Below, in pieces: positions 1 through 12,852 of a DNA stretch of 64,000 nt. The first letter of the stretch is position 1. Every line of letters begins with the position of its first letter. The notes beneath the pieces are model-generated. The model made no database searches. It was not told the origin of the DNA and saw nothing but the letters and a program-made list of their open reading frames with translations. The position numbers and the translations under genes were made by a program. Origin of the DNA: Antedon mediterranea (taxonomy: Eukaryota > Animalia > Echinodermata); contig NC_092670.1 in the NCBI RefSeq assembly GCF_964355755.1, positions 7,430,201-7,494,200 on the forward strand. Direction: 5' to 3'.

Positions 1-338
1 GTTTACGGGCTCAATCTCAGTTGGTGTTAGGATGCAGTGTGCCATAAAGATTTAATACTAAAAAGTGTCACTTAATGTATATATCTTCTTGACTTTTATT
101 AGAACAACTTTACAATCACTCAACACTAACAGTAGGCTAACACTCAAAAGAAGAACAGCAATATTAGTAGCAGTTGGTATGTGTGGCCAAGCAAAAAACT
201 AATAAATACCAAATTTTGCTCACTGGTCCGCAATTGCTAATTCATATTTTCAGGTTGATATAATAATGACACATACCAACAACAAAATGGTCTCTCAATC
301 GGTATCTTCTTTCTAAGTATACAAAAATAAATGTTTAC

Positions 339-458
339 CTTATATTTTCTGCTAAAGATGGTTTGAATGTGTACTTCCAGTCAACCAAAACAGAAGTCAA
401 ACTGAGAGGGTAGCATATCAAGTAACGACACACCCCTTCACGTGGCGTGGAAGAAATT
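339..458 (-). other. Candidate isolated exon (120 nt, symmetric phase 2) related to the decayed minus-strand array at 6.5-13.7 kb
   Basis: Acceptor ataaacag and donor AG|gtaaac. Only the phase-2 frame is open (ISSTPREGVCRYLICYPLSLTSVLVDWKYTFKPSLAENIR). Shares the CGTGAAG core with segments at about 680, 6600 and 11330. Confidence 0.25.
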
Positions 459-1387
459 CTGTTTATTATATTGACGTTAGAATAACTTTACGCTTACAAA
501 AAAATAACTCCAAGTTATAGAACCATGTAAGCATAGTATATAAATTGTCTGTGTCCAAATTATCTAAAGTATACATATATAAACAAGATCTTTACTCATT
601 TATTTTTTCTACTAAATGAACGAGGCCTGATTTATTTACATAATCACGATCAAAGAGCGTGTTTTAATTGGTGGCGCTTTTCTTCACGCTACGTGGCAAA
701 AATAGATACCTATTTTTGTTAGTGGAAAATTTTACGGTTAAATTACAAAATTTAATCATTATGGCACCCTACATCAGTAAGTATAAATGACCGTGAAAAG
801 CATAAACTTTACTTTGTTCGGTAGGTATTAGTTTAAAGTTATTTGAAACTAGCTTGAATGCGTCAGTTGAACAAGCACACCGAGTTAGCCTCGCATTACC
901 GTCTTCCTGCAGTCTAGCATGATGCAAAGGCCCGTAAGTCATCAGTATTGTTGGTCTCTGGTTTCCACAGAGGCCTAACCACTTTTTGAAACATAGAACA
1001 ACATTGAAGTACTTACAGCCTAAATATTCAATCTCTATCAATATGATAAAGTGTAAAGATTTTTTTTGGTGCTGATGGGCTATGGGATGTGAACCAAATG
1101 CGGCCATTCTCCATTCCCTGTTAAATTTAACACCCCTCCCCTGTTTTCCCACTCTTTCCATCAAATAGTAATAAAATAATAACCTTTTTTTTCAGTAAAT
1201 CTATCCGAAATTGACATAGCAGCATATGTGATAAAGAGTCATTTACCTGTAGGCCTACTTGCATTAACCATTATGTTGTAAGTATTAGTTAATATAGATT
1301 TTACATAGTGTACATGTAGGTGTATGATAATGATTACAATTTTAGAATTGTTCCAAAATTGTACACAGTCTAATTATTTCTATGTAG

Positions 1388-1513
1388 TTCCATTGTGTTG
1401 TACCTTGCTGAAAATCCTGAAATTCAGCAGCTGGTGTGCCTGACGGCTGATGTGGTCTACAAATTCCTGATATGGAAAGGCCTTACCATGTGGAAATTTC
1501 TAATGAAGAACAG
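1388..1513 (+). CDS. Orphan gene 1, internal exon (126 nt, phase 2-2), hydrophobic module
   Basis: Acceptor ttctatgtag, donor AG|gtacat. Open frame SIVLYLAENPEIQQLVCLTADVVYKFLIWKGLTMWKFLMKN. The start exon was not identified. Confidence 0.5.
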
Positions 1514-1790
1514 GTACATTTTCTTTTGCTGTAATTAGCATAGGCGTTTATTGTTCATAAAGGTTAGGAGGTGGGCATTTATTTGAGGGGGAATTTATTC
1601 AAAATGATGTTCTATGGGGGAGGGGGAATTTATTCGAGGGAGGTGTTTATTCAAATAAATCTGGTAATTGATAATCTGAAGTCAATGTAGGAAATACAAT
1701 GTGTTGCATTTTGGCTATCAATCATACAAATGTACAGTGAAGGTAGTGAGTGTTGTATGGCATTTTGCCACACTGCTATATTACATATTA

Positions 1791-2700
1791 TATAACACCT
1801 AAATAAATTCCTGTCATTTGATTGGACGATTGTGGGTCACATGGCGTGCAATAGTACGCACTATTAAACGATTGTTTAATAGTACTTTTTGAAACATTTT
1901 TGTGTACGAAAAAAAAAACGTCTCGCGGATGAAAAAAAATCTAGTACACAAATTATCCTATGATATGGCTCTGTACTGTGAAATACAACAGCGCCACCTG
2001 TCGTCTGGTCTCAGTTTCATTTGTAAACACCACCGCGAGATATGCAACAGCAGCAGATATTTGTGTACGATTTGGACATTATGTACTAATTTCATTCAAA
2101 AAGGCATTTAAATTAGCTTTAGATCGTTTTTAGGATTTTGATTAATTAATGGGGACATCCCTACAAGACGTGGAATTGTTGGAAAAACCATAATTAGCTT
2201 AGATAAGTTCCAATTGTCTGTCGTAGTTTTGCCTTTCAGCCAAGCTAGTACTAGGCTACTAGGTCTAGCCTAGGCCATGCTAGTATTAGGCTAGGCCTAG
2301 CCTAGGCGTTTTAGCCTTGCTAGGCCTAGGATTGTTTGGTCGTTTGTTGACATAATTAACACAAAAGTAGGTGTGTTTACGAAATCCATATAAATATAAC
2401 ATTTAATATAAAATTATTAAAAAACAAATGTTACTGTTTTTAATCAATGTGTGTGAAGGAAATGTAGTAAGCTTTGGCTAGGGCTACCTTTTATTTGATT
2501 CAAATAACTAGAATTTATTTAGATGTTATATAAAACAAATAATGAATGTTTTGTATTCGTGTAATGGTACAAATAATGGCACTTGGTGAATGATGAAAGG
2601 TTATATCAACTCGGCGTTGCCTCGTTGATATAACCTTTCATCATTCACCTCGTGCCATTATTTGTACCATTACACTCATAAACATTCATTATTTGTATAC
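1791..2700. mobile_element. Non-autonomous element with a long terminal hairpin (Crypton-like architecture)
   Basis: Near-perfect palindrome of about 170 nt at 2530-2700 centred on CTCGGCGTTGCCTCG. The 5' part has TGATTGGAC motifs and TATA-type ends. Family assignment is by resemblance only. Confidence 0.55.
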
Positions 2701-3129
2701 TATATTACATATGTAAATAATAGAAATTGATTGGTTGAAATGGCATCATCTGACTACTGTATCACATATTGCGTTATGATGCTCCATCAGGTGGTTATAC
2801 ATAATATGTGTTAACATCATGGGTAAACAGTCATTTATTCATAGAACCTGTAGTTACGATGTTAACATCAATGTAATCTTTATAGGCCTCTCTGGAGCCT
2901 GTGTAAATATTACTGACTTGTTCAAAGATTTTAATTCTATTTAATGCTGTTACGTATTTTTACCAATGTAACAATTTGTAATATACAGTATTTTGTAAAC
3001 TTAATGTATGTGTAAATGTGTTATTTCACCCTTATTATATTTCTTATATATACCATTTTAACAGTGTACATTTATGATGAAATATTACATTTTAAAAATT
3101 TATAATACTATATAATTGTTTCTTTGTAG

Positions 3130-3291
3130 TTATATTTGGTGCTTTGTAGTTATGATAAAGAGTATCAACTGTCCAGAAATTCGGAACCAAATTCGTCTGA
3201 TGTTTTCCAAACTTTATGAATTAACAATATACATATTTCAGTATATTGTTCAAACCAGCGATATAGCCATGTTCCCAACTGATGTGAACAG
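3130..3291 (+). CDS. Orphan gene 1, internal exon (162 nt, phase 2-2)
   Basis: Acceptor tttctttgtag, donor AG|gtaatt. Open frame YIWCFVVMIKSINCPEIRNQIRLMFSKLYELTIYIFQYIVQTSDIAMFPTDVN, with the PEI motif and AACAG end shared with the 1388 exon. Confidence 0.5.
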
Positions 3292-3317
3292 GTAATTTTA
3301 TTTTGTTCGATGAGACA

Positions 3318-3470
3318 TGACTACCGCAAACCATAGCCATAAAATCTACACTTTTGAGGTTCTCCAAGACCTGATTTATATGTCATTTTCTCAGATAAGG
3401 GCGTAAAACTGGAGGTCCAGTGTACACCTCTAGTCTGTGTGCACTTTTTCGGAAAAGTAACAGTTTACCA
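3318..3470 (+). mobile_element. Degenerate Deu-domain SINE fragment
   Basis: tctcagataagggcgtaaaactggaggtccagtgtacac matches the copies at 39.5 kb and 54.5 kb. Confidence 0.65.
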
Positions 3471-3774
3471 CAGTGTATTTGTCTATCTGTCATTGTGGGC
3501 TGAGTTACAAGTGCCGTTTGTTTGCAACTTTGACACAAAGGGACCCATATGATGAAGGTTGTAATTCGTCATCAACACATGTGGGCAATTTGTCAAAGAC
3601 TCAGCATTCAATTTTTTCCAATCATATGATTGTGTAGCTATGAAGTAGTACAGTAGTTTATGCAATTTTAAACTCTTTTTTTTAGTCTGTTGGGTTCATA
3701 TTTGTACCTTATTCATGATTATTTAAAATGATGCTTTTTATAACCTTATAACATGTATTGTTTTTCTTTATCAG

Positions 3775-3781
3775 TGAATAG
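3775..3781 (+). CDS. Orphan gene 1, putative terminal coding exon (..S-E-stop)
   Basis: Strong acceptor ttgtttttctttatcag, then T GAA TAG in the phase-2 frame. Confidence 0.35.
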
Positions 3782-6207
3782 GAACACACAATCTTTATCA
3801 TCCTCCGCATGCTGTACTGTAAGCAGAATTTGGATTCAGTTTAAGAAAATTCAAAGTCTTAAAGCCCGGCACACACTGTAGCTATCGGCTGAGCCAACTG
3901 GCACGAATAACACTTTGTTCACTAAAAAATTTGCCGCAAACTGTGATCGCATTCAGTACGTTTCTGAAGTTTCTGGATAATTACTTACTACACTACATGG
4001 CGCATGTTGACATATTATAATAAATTTAGCTGTTAGCTCACGTTGACTGCACACTTGAGGAAAATGACAGGCATGAGAAAAAATATTAAACACGAACGAT
4101 ATTTTCCTCGTGCACGATTCCTCACAAAGTGTTATTCGCGCCACTTTATAACTGCATTGTATCTTGTATCACCATTTTTTAGATTTAGTTATTATTTCGT
4201 ATAATAAGTCTCATTTGAAATGTATTGATACTGTAACATTCATTCCAATTTTGTAATGGTTCTATGTTAAATATTTTTTCCACCTGTCTGCTATTAAATC
4301 TATATTCCGTCAGTTTTAATGCCCTGTTCCCTCCTCTGATAATATTCCTGCACAATCCTTGCCATGTGCTAATACTGAATACATAATTTCATAAACAATC
4401 TAAAATGTGCTATGTTTATGCCGACAGAGTTATGGAGTATTAGCGTGCTGACAATCACTGCCTTTAAACGTTGAGTAGAGTTTTTTTATGTCGAGAGAAA
4501 AAATCTCTCTTTGCTTCTGACTCACACCCTGGAATCTGTAACTAAATATTCTTTATCACCATGTTACAGCTCTACACAATCACAGTGAAAACTTGAGTTT
4601 TGTCACGGACTTCTACAATATTCTGTAGGACTATGTGTGATAGATGTGATCTATGTCTAAACTTTTGCAAGCTTGTTGAACACCTTCATTTTATTCACCT
4701 TGTTCATCTCAACTTTTGCTTATTTCAACATTTATTTAGGTTTGCTGAATCTTTTATGAACGTAACTCACTTGTATACTTTTTTTGGTGCATAAATAAGA
4801 TGGTTGTTGATATTATAAACTTGATAATTGTATTTGAGTATTAGCCACCATAAATGGTTCTATAAATATTTTGTATGCATAATATATTGTTTACACATTA
4901 CACATGTTTATTTTGATATAATAGTTTTTTATAACTTCTTTGATAAAATCAGTGCGTGGTTTATGTTCATCAAAATGATTACTGTCTGTACTAAATATAT
5001 GTTATTTACTTTATCTCCATCTTTTTTCTTATCCAGAGAATTATTTTGGGTCAGTGTACGGTTCAAACTTTGTCAAACAATGTTTTGATCTAATTAGTAT
5101 TACCATTTTAACATTACGTATTATATAATCACAATAATTGTATTTTTGGTGTGCTAATATGCCTACAATGGTTCAGCAGCCAATCCACTAAATGTTTTCT
5201 ATAGAAATTTTTTTTATATTCAGTCTAAAAGAAGATATCGTCCAGTAAAAAAATCTTGAGAATCAAAATCCCTATATAAAAAAAAGAATATAAAAAAGGT
5301 TGTGAAAAAAATTGGCAATTGGCTGCTGAACTGTTTATGAGCTTAACAGAATTCCAGTATTATCATGTAGTGTTTTTGATTGTAAATGGAAAATATTTGG
5401 ATTGATTGATTATAAATAAATACATTTCTTGATGCATGAATAAATAGGCCTACTTTGTTTTTAATTATTATTATTTTAATAAAGTATTTAGTTAAGTCTA
5501 ATCATTGGACAAAAGAAAAAAACAATCCAATCTACTAACCTAAGTACCAGCTTTGTCAATCCAACAAACTCTGTGAACACCAAAGTCTCCTGACACTGCC
5601 CTCTATATTGGCGTCAACTGTATACCGTTGTTCTTTATACAAATTGTTACACGTAATATAACATAGTATAAAAACTTCATTAACAAATAATAATGACAAA
5701 AACAAGACCAAAATAAAACATCTTTCGAGTTTTGGCAATCAATACACACGGGGTATCAAAATCATTCCCCCAATTGTACTGGTAATGTTTATATGAATTT
5801 TCAACATTATCCGCCATTTATCCAATTGATCGGTCAAAATGGCCAACTTTTCTCACTTTGGATGTTTGTTCGTTATACAACTTTGTGTATTGCACGCATC
5901 CATGCATATCTTATACTTTTAGATATTACGGTTTTTCCGAGGCACCCGCCACGTCAACAACCCGGAGTATTGCTTAGAGTGAAAAAAAAAAGATTTGTAA
6001 TTGTGACAGGAGCTGCCTACAAGATGAAAGTTTATCACTTATCTTATTACACCTCTGTTATATTTAGAAAAATTACTTATTTACTAGAAATGAATAAAAT
6101 GATAATTTAAAAAGAAATCAAGTTACAGGCAAACAACCAACCGGCTAAGTATCCAAACTTAAAATGTGCAAGAACAAGTAAATACAATGTCCAGGAGCTG
6201 CTTTTAG

Positions 6208-6219
6208 CATACCTCCATG
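6208..6219. mobile_element. Putative P-superfamily excision footprint (12 bp)
   Basis: CATACCTCCATG flanked by the 7-bp direct repeat CTTTTAG. Confidence 0.5.
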
Positions 6220-7734
6220 CTTTTAGATACTTCGGATCTTCACAATTAATGGCAGTGGTGTCTCTTGAAGAAATAAATCTGTAATAGTGGTGTGGCTACA
6301 CACATATGCCTACATTGTATCTTATAGAAATCGTTGGATGTATTTGAAACATAGTATGGAGTTATGACTAATGGTCTAGGATATTATATGTAGGCCTACA
6401 AACTAGAGTTCTTGAAACTGTGACCAAATTTTAGTAGTGTTCGTGTTGCTCTTTTTTTTTTTTTTATAGTAATTGAATTGAATTGAAGTTTTACTGATTT
6501 TCAAAGCACGTGATCATTTTTCTTTTATTAAATTTAATTCCAAAAAATAAACACGTCTTCAGGAAACGACGGCTCTCATGGCGTTGTACATTATATTTTC
6601 TTCACGTCACAGACCGAAAATATTCCTATTTTACATTTAGTACAGTGTTCAAAATTGAGATTTGGTACTATACTATTTTACTGTTTTAAATATTAAATAC
6701 TTCCATACATTCACTATACTTAATATTTTAAAATTATAGTTTAGAAATTTTGTTAAATTGAACACTGTGAATTTAAAATGTTTTACATTGCTAAAAAGGA
6801 CATCCTGTACATGATATTTCCTTCATTGTGAAATGTTACCAATGAATGCCACCTGTATCATTATCTGTTATACATTATTAATATATCATAGTATTAGGCA
6901 TAATACATTTATGTTATATCTACATCCATTCTCTCTTTTTCCCGTGTAGTAGGTGTTCGTTTATCTTTGATATAGGCCTACATAATTGTGCACATTAAGA
7001 TTAAAAAAGAACATCTCTGTATTTAAAATATTAAAAACAAATAAAATAATTATATTCTATACCACGCACGCACGAACATTTAAATGGATCTTGGACAGTG
7101 AGAAATTTTTGTTTTTAGAAAAAAACGACCTGATTGGGCAAGTCTAGACGTATGTTTGAGAATTGATAATCGTTTATATCTCGTTTGCATTGTTCGTAAT
7201 TATAGTGTATAATGTATTTTTTGTTAAATCTGGCCAACTTCCAAACGCTGCATATTAGGGTTTTCATCAATGGAACAGAATACGTGTGTGACACCATTAT
7301 CTGCTATTTTATCAGTCAAATGTTTTGTCTTCAACATGCGGGTTAATATAGTTCTTAACGCCAAGGTTAATTTTTTCGTAAAATTATCCATGTGCCAACA
7401 ATGATAAACGTTATCAATGACCTTGTGTAAAGTTACCTTGTACCTTTCATCAAACTAGTTTGATATATCACCATGTCCATATATGGGCACACCACTTTTT
7501 TTTGTCACATAACGTTTGGTAGTAGATAGAGCCTAATTATAATTAAAAACTGCTTTTAATATACTATGAATATATGAAAATAAACTTAAAATGTAATAGT
7601 TTTACATTGATAAATAAAGGAATAGTAGGCCTATTGCCTTCATTTTTCCTACAAGAAACGTTCCCTATTACCATAATGAATCCGGTTGATGCCATCTATA
7701 CCATTATCTGTTATACATTATAAATAACATTAAA

Positions 7735-7978
7735 AAGGTAAAGGTGAGTCCCTACGTGTTCTCTGAAAGAAGGGGAATGAGCTGTTAGGAGCTCATTGTA
7801 CTAAGCCTCGGCATTATGTGGTAGGGTGGCCAGTTCCTTTCCACGCCGCCTTTTTTCTCTCTAGTATTTTCAACCAGGTACTCATTTACAGCTGAGTGGA
7901 CTGGGAGTTTTCAGGAATTGAACCCGGGTCTCTTTGTATGACAGTCAAGTGTCCTAACCACTCGGCTATCCAACTCCT
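7735..7978 (-). mobile_element. tRNA-derived SINE
   Basis: Minus-strand head GGATAGCCGAGTGGTTAGG (A box) to GGTTCAATTCC (B box), central CAGTCCACTCAGCTGTAAATGAGTACCTG domain, and (ACCTTT)n tail. Confidence 0.8.
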
Positions 7979-8559
7979 AAATAATATTATAGTTCAAATT
8001 TAAACAAATAGGCCTATAAAACAAAAGTTGTGTGGATTGATTCAAATAAAAATAGTTGTTTAAAACCATGTAACATAACATGGACAATTGATTAACTTAG
8101 AAAATGAATTTTTGGAAGAAAACAAACCTCACGTTCTTTGGTAAAATTACAATCATTAAGACACTTGCCATTTAAAAAATGTAATGCAAAGTAGAATAAA
8201 TATTCTGCACTACGTTTATTACAAAATAGAAAAAATAATATATAAAAAAGACAAAATTAAAGCATGTATGGTCTTAATTTTAAGCCAATTATAAAATCTT
8301 TAAAGTTGAGTTGGGTTAAAAGGCTTCTAAGTCCAGACCCCGGTAAAGAAAAGTGCATATCACTCTATTATAATGTATTCTATTGAATATACAGTAAATA
8401 CAAGCTTACTCAATTTAGAAGAACACATCGTTTTAAGAGATTTACCAGATTTCTTTTCGGACAAATATCGAATGTCGAATTGATAATCGTTTATATAGCT
8501 CGTTTGCATTGTTCGTAATTTAGTGTATATTTTATTTTTAGTCTAAACTCATTTAAATG

Positions 8560-8790
8560 TTCGTGCAAGCATTCTATAAACATTTTGTAGAGGATGCAGT
8601 AAGTAATGCCTATTATAATATTATCGTCAAAACAGGTCGCCACTTCAAACGCGTGTTAACGAACATTTAAAAACGGACAAAAAATCACACATGTTTAAGC
8701 ATTGAAATGGTACTCTTGATTGTAAAGTTGCCTCTAAATGCTTTAAAACTTTTGGAGAGTTCAAATATTCGATTTAGAGCTGCATATATG
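8560..8790 (+). pseudogene. Penelope-like GIY-YIG endonuclease remnant
   Basis: Frameshifted translation IVKTGRH/LQTRVNEHLKTDKKSHMFKH*NGTLDCK resembles the YIGxTxRxLxxRxxEH...SHIFKH motif. Confidence 0.6.
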
Positions 8791-9289
8791 TATCTTCTGT
8801 GCCTAACCATCTAGATAATAATCAACATAACTTAACGTTACTCTAAATGATCTCTTCCGGCTAAAAAAATAGTTAGATAGTTTAGTTAGCAGAGATTTTT
8901 TAGAGGGTTAAGTTCAGTTGATAGTTGGGAGAGATTAGTTGATAGTTAGGAGGCATTAGGTTCAGTTAATAGTTGAGAGACTATTTAGAGGGTTATGGAG
9001 AGATTATTTAAATTTCTTCATAATGTTGATTGATGTTTTGCTGATTTTCAATGACTTACATTGATAACCGGGTCGTAACTGTGTCTAGAATATTCCTGTT
9101 TAGCATATTATTTTTTCCTCAAAATACTACCTATCTTGTAGCCTAACTGTATTGCAAAAGTACTGTAGCACTACTGTTTGAAGGGATACTCGGTCAGCTT
9201 TACCACTGATAGAAAATAAAAGTGGAACAAGGAAATAAAATTCGGAATCTTAAATTGGGTGAATGAGCTTATTTTTTTCATTTATCTTT

Positions 9290-11090
9290 TTATTTCGGAA
9301 TATCATGGTGACATATAATTATATCCATAGCAAAAGAGAGAAAAAAAAATCTTAATCTAACAGCTCATAGAACAAAAACAAAGATATGTAAAAATATAAA
9401 GTCAATGCAACAAAGCATTCCATTGTATGTGCATTCTTGACACATTAAGAACATGGCAATTAATGGCCATGATCAAGGAATTACTACTTGCGTTCACACG
9501 ATTTTTAAAACTAAAAACAGATTTTCTAATGAACTCATCAAAGGATGGGACGTCATTTAAGACAAACATCATGCTTGCACTACAATGTCTAGGCTGCTTC
9601 AGCAGCAGACGTAAGGCATTGTTATAACATACTTTCAGTGATCCCAGAGTGCTCTTACTATATCTACACCATAAGGTTGAACAGTACATGCTGACACAGT
9701 AACTCTTAAATAGATAACATTTAGTCTTAGTAGAACATTTTCCAAACTTTCTATTTAGAGAGTTGGCCCTAATGCAAATAGATCAATATTGACGTTTGAT
9801 GTCATTTTCATCACTCAGGTTATTATTGATCACATGACCAAGATAGGTTATTGAATTATCAACGATTAGAGGTGCCCCATTTAAGGTAATATGTGGAACA
9901 CCTTTGAGGTTAAGGACTTTCGGGAAAAATAGCAAGCATTTGGATTTGGTTTCATTAAAAGTAATATCATGGTCACTAGCAAAACCTTCACAGAGTCCAA
10001 TTAGGCTTTGTAAGCCAGTCACTGACGGAGCCAAAAGGACCAAGTCATCGGCAAAGCTTAGGCAATTCAGTTTAAGACTGTTAATTTCACAACCTTCTTT
10101 TGACTTAGTCAGTTCAGGGAGTTGTAAAACTCCCTGGTCAGTTCAACAGTTAACGGATCAGTGTACACATTGTAAAGTAGAGGGGACATAACGCCTCCCT
10201 GGCCAACCCCATTACGAACAGTGAAAGAACCGGAAACGGAACTTCCCCACCTGACAACAAATTCCTGATTCCTATACCATGACCTCAGTATCTTAACTAC
10301 AGGTGAAGGGGTACCCCTGTCAATTAGGGTCTTGAAATGTGTCCAGTGGTCACTTTATCAAAGACTTTGCTAGCGTCCAAGAAACAGCAATAAACTGGGC
10401 TACCATGATTGTTGTAATGCTCGATAATCTGTTTAAGAGCAAATATACACAATTCGGTTGAGTGACCAGATTTGAAGGCAAACTGGTTGTCATGGGAGTC
10501 CAGTGAATTACCACAATGTTTGTATCATTACAGACTCTAGAAGTTTAGAAGCTACACATGGCAAAGCTATTGGCCGATAATTCCATTGAACTGAACTTTT
10601 ATTGTATCTCTTTTAAATCAGAGGCACAGTCTCAATGAGATGTGCAACAAGTTTACAGTGAAAAATAATACATACACACTTAAATATAAGTACAAAACAA
10701 GAAATTAGACATAAGAACAAATTACAAAAAAAAAAATTAAGAAAACTGAGAAAGATTAAATACTAAGAAAATGACTAAATTAAGTTTGAGAAGGAATTGT
10801 ATTATAAGTATCATTTCGTGTGTTCCAAGCCATGGTCAGAAAAATGTTACAATGTTTATATATCCCTTTATCAGTGATATTCCCTGATTTAGATTTAATT
10901 ACCGGCACAAGCGTGACTTTTGTGAGATTACTTGGAACAAACCCGTGAACAAACATAGCCTTAAAACATACACTTAACATAATACTAAGTCGCTCAGAAG
11001 CGAATTTGAAATGCTCATTGCATAGACCATCATATCCCGCTGCTTTAGCATTGGGCAATTGATCAATTAATAGCTTAATATTATGGGGTT
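9290..11090 (-). mobile_element. 5'-truncated, frameshifted non-LTR retrotransposon (RT and C-terminal region)
   Basis: KAAGYDGLCNEHFK, NYRPIAL, QFAFKSGHST, FADDLVLLAPS, ITYLGHVI and YNNALRLLL motifs are spread over several frames. Confidence 0.9.
10586..10862 (-). mobile_element. Short 3' end of a second LINE inserted into the RT
   Basis: Splits the host reading between ...NITDKG and NYRPIAL. Ends in AATAAA plus a (GTTCA)n tail on the minus strand. Confidence 0.6.
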
Positions 11091-11587
11091 AAACATCAGT
11101 TTTCAAGAGTTTCATTAACAACAGTCTTATGCTCAGATGAGTCAATACTATTGACTCATCGGTCAATAGGTCATAAGGTACTGAATTTAAGCAAAAAATC
11201 ACGTTATTGTACATTACGTAAACATTTTCCTTTTATGAAATTTAATTCCGGAACAAAACACGTCTTCAACAATTGATGACAGCACTATTAATCGAGTTGT
11301 ATACATTACAGTATTGTCCGTTTTGCTTCACGCTATACGGTCGCTTGACTGACAATGGCTAAAGAAGTTATTATACAATTAAAGTGTAGGCTCATTGTTA
11401 GCCATTTTAAATAATTAACGATTGACAGTTACCTCCGCCAAGGATGAATGTATTCGTTCATGTATGCTTAAAAGATTATCTCAATAAAAAAAAAATTCAT
11501 AACATTTTCAATAGCTTTTAGCTAGCTATTGAAAATGTTGATTAGGCCTATTTGTTATTTTTCCCATAAAAAAATTAATGGTTTTAC

Positions 11588-11625
11588 CAGGGAGTTATTA
11601 TTATTATTCTAATAACAACTCCCTG
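11588..11625. mobile_element. Putative P-superfamily excision footprint (38 bp)
   Basis: CAGGGAGTT...AACTCCCTG palindrome flanked by the 7-bp direct repeat GTTTTAC. Confidence 0.55.
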
Positions 11626-12294
11626 GTTTTACAATTTCCGACATTATCGTTTAACTGTGATTTCATCATTATCATTATTCATAACCACTTTTCAGATATC
11701 ATACAAACTCTCTACACATAAACTTCGGGTCGAGGGTCAACATCTCATATCCTTGATATCACCAGAGATGTAATAAGCTTTCGGCTATAAAATCATGGAT
11801 TTCACCCAGATTTCAATAGTTACTTGAACTTAATCTTCTTTTATGACCCTTCGATTATTTATTTCTTTAAATCTTCAATAAAGATCATCTAATTAGTTAA
11901 TCTTGTTTATTTATTGGTTATTCATTCTTTCCCCCGTTGTTATTGGAACTTGTACACAGAACATTTCGTAACATTTTTTTTTTCTGTGGAGGACAGCGAT
12001 ACGTATGTGACAACCAATTGATATTTAAATACTACATAGAAATAGAGTTTAGCTTATAGATAAGTATTTGGTATTGTGTTAAAATCACTAAATACGATCA
12101 AACAATATGAAATATAGGCTTAGAGGGAATTTATATTAAAGAGCATAGAACGGTATCAGGATTTACATTTAGGCCTGTATTCAAAATTGAGATTTAGTAT
12201 TATAAGGATAAACATAATTATAATGTAGGCCTATATAGTGTGAATCAATTTGGAATCAAATACCGTACTTCCACACTTTTACTATACGTATTAG

Positions 12295-12321
12295 CATGGA
12301 GAAATAACTTATTTCTCCATG
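12295..12321. mobile_element. Putative P-superfamily excision footprint (27 bp)
   Basis: CATGGAGAAATAACTTATTTCTCCATG flanked by the 7-bp direct repeat GTATTAG. Absent from the paralogous site near 6715. Confidence 0.6.
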
Positions 12322-12364
12322 GTATTAGTAAATATTTCAAAATTATAGTTTAGGTATTAATTAA

Positions 12365-12852
12365 TTATATTACATAGCCTATGTAAATACGCGCGACGCA
12401 CTGAACATCCAGTGATTCGGCTCGAAGTATGAAGACGAATTATTATATATTCGGCCTAGGCTAGGCCTACCTGATAATATTATTATTAATGTAGGCTTAT
12501 TAATGGAAATTCTTTTGTTATTATTAAACGACCTAGGCTAGTGAATATTTCATTGCCAAGAAATCATTAATTACCGTAGTAATTATCTGTATATAATTCT
12601 TCGAAAGGTAAGGTGTCTGGGCATCTTGTTTACATACTAGGCCTAGCTACCCGACCCAGCAGATATTCTACTTGTTGTTGGCTATGTAATATAACAGATA
12701 TCGCCTTTTATATTGGTAAAATATAAGATTAGACATCCCCTCGGGAATGATATTAAGTTCTTGGGAATTATATATTTCCTCGAACATAATATCATTCCCT
12801 CGGGGATGTCAAATCTTATATTTAACCTCTAAGCAGTCAATATCTGTATAAT
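12365..12852. mobile_element. Non-autonomous element with a terminal hairpin (Crypton-like)
   Basis: Palindrome of about 160 nt at 12690-12850. The insertion is absent from the paralogous unit near 6760. Confidence 0.5.

Noticed and set aside
769-1164. 131-aa minus-strand ORF
   Set aside because: No recognisable motif, non-ATG start in the ORF track and no supporting exon structure.
7437-7532. In-frame TGA read as selenocysteine in a small secreted peptide
   Set aside because: No SECIS identified and the paralogous blocks do not keep the frame, so a stop or decay is simpler.
7905-7978. tRNA gene (GTC anticodon-like loop)
   Set aside because: The acceptor stem does not pair, and the sequence runs on into a SINE body and tail.
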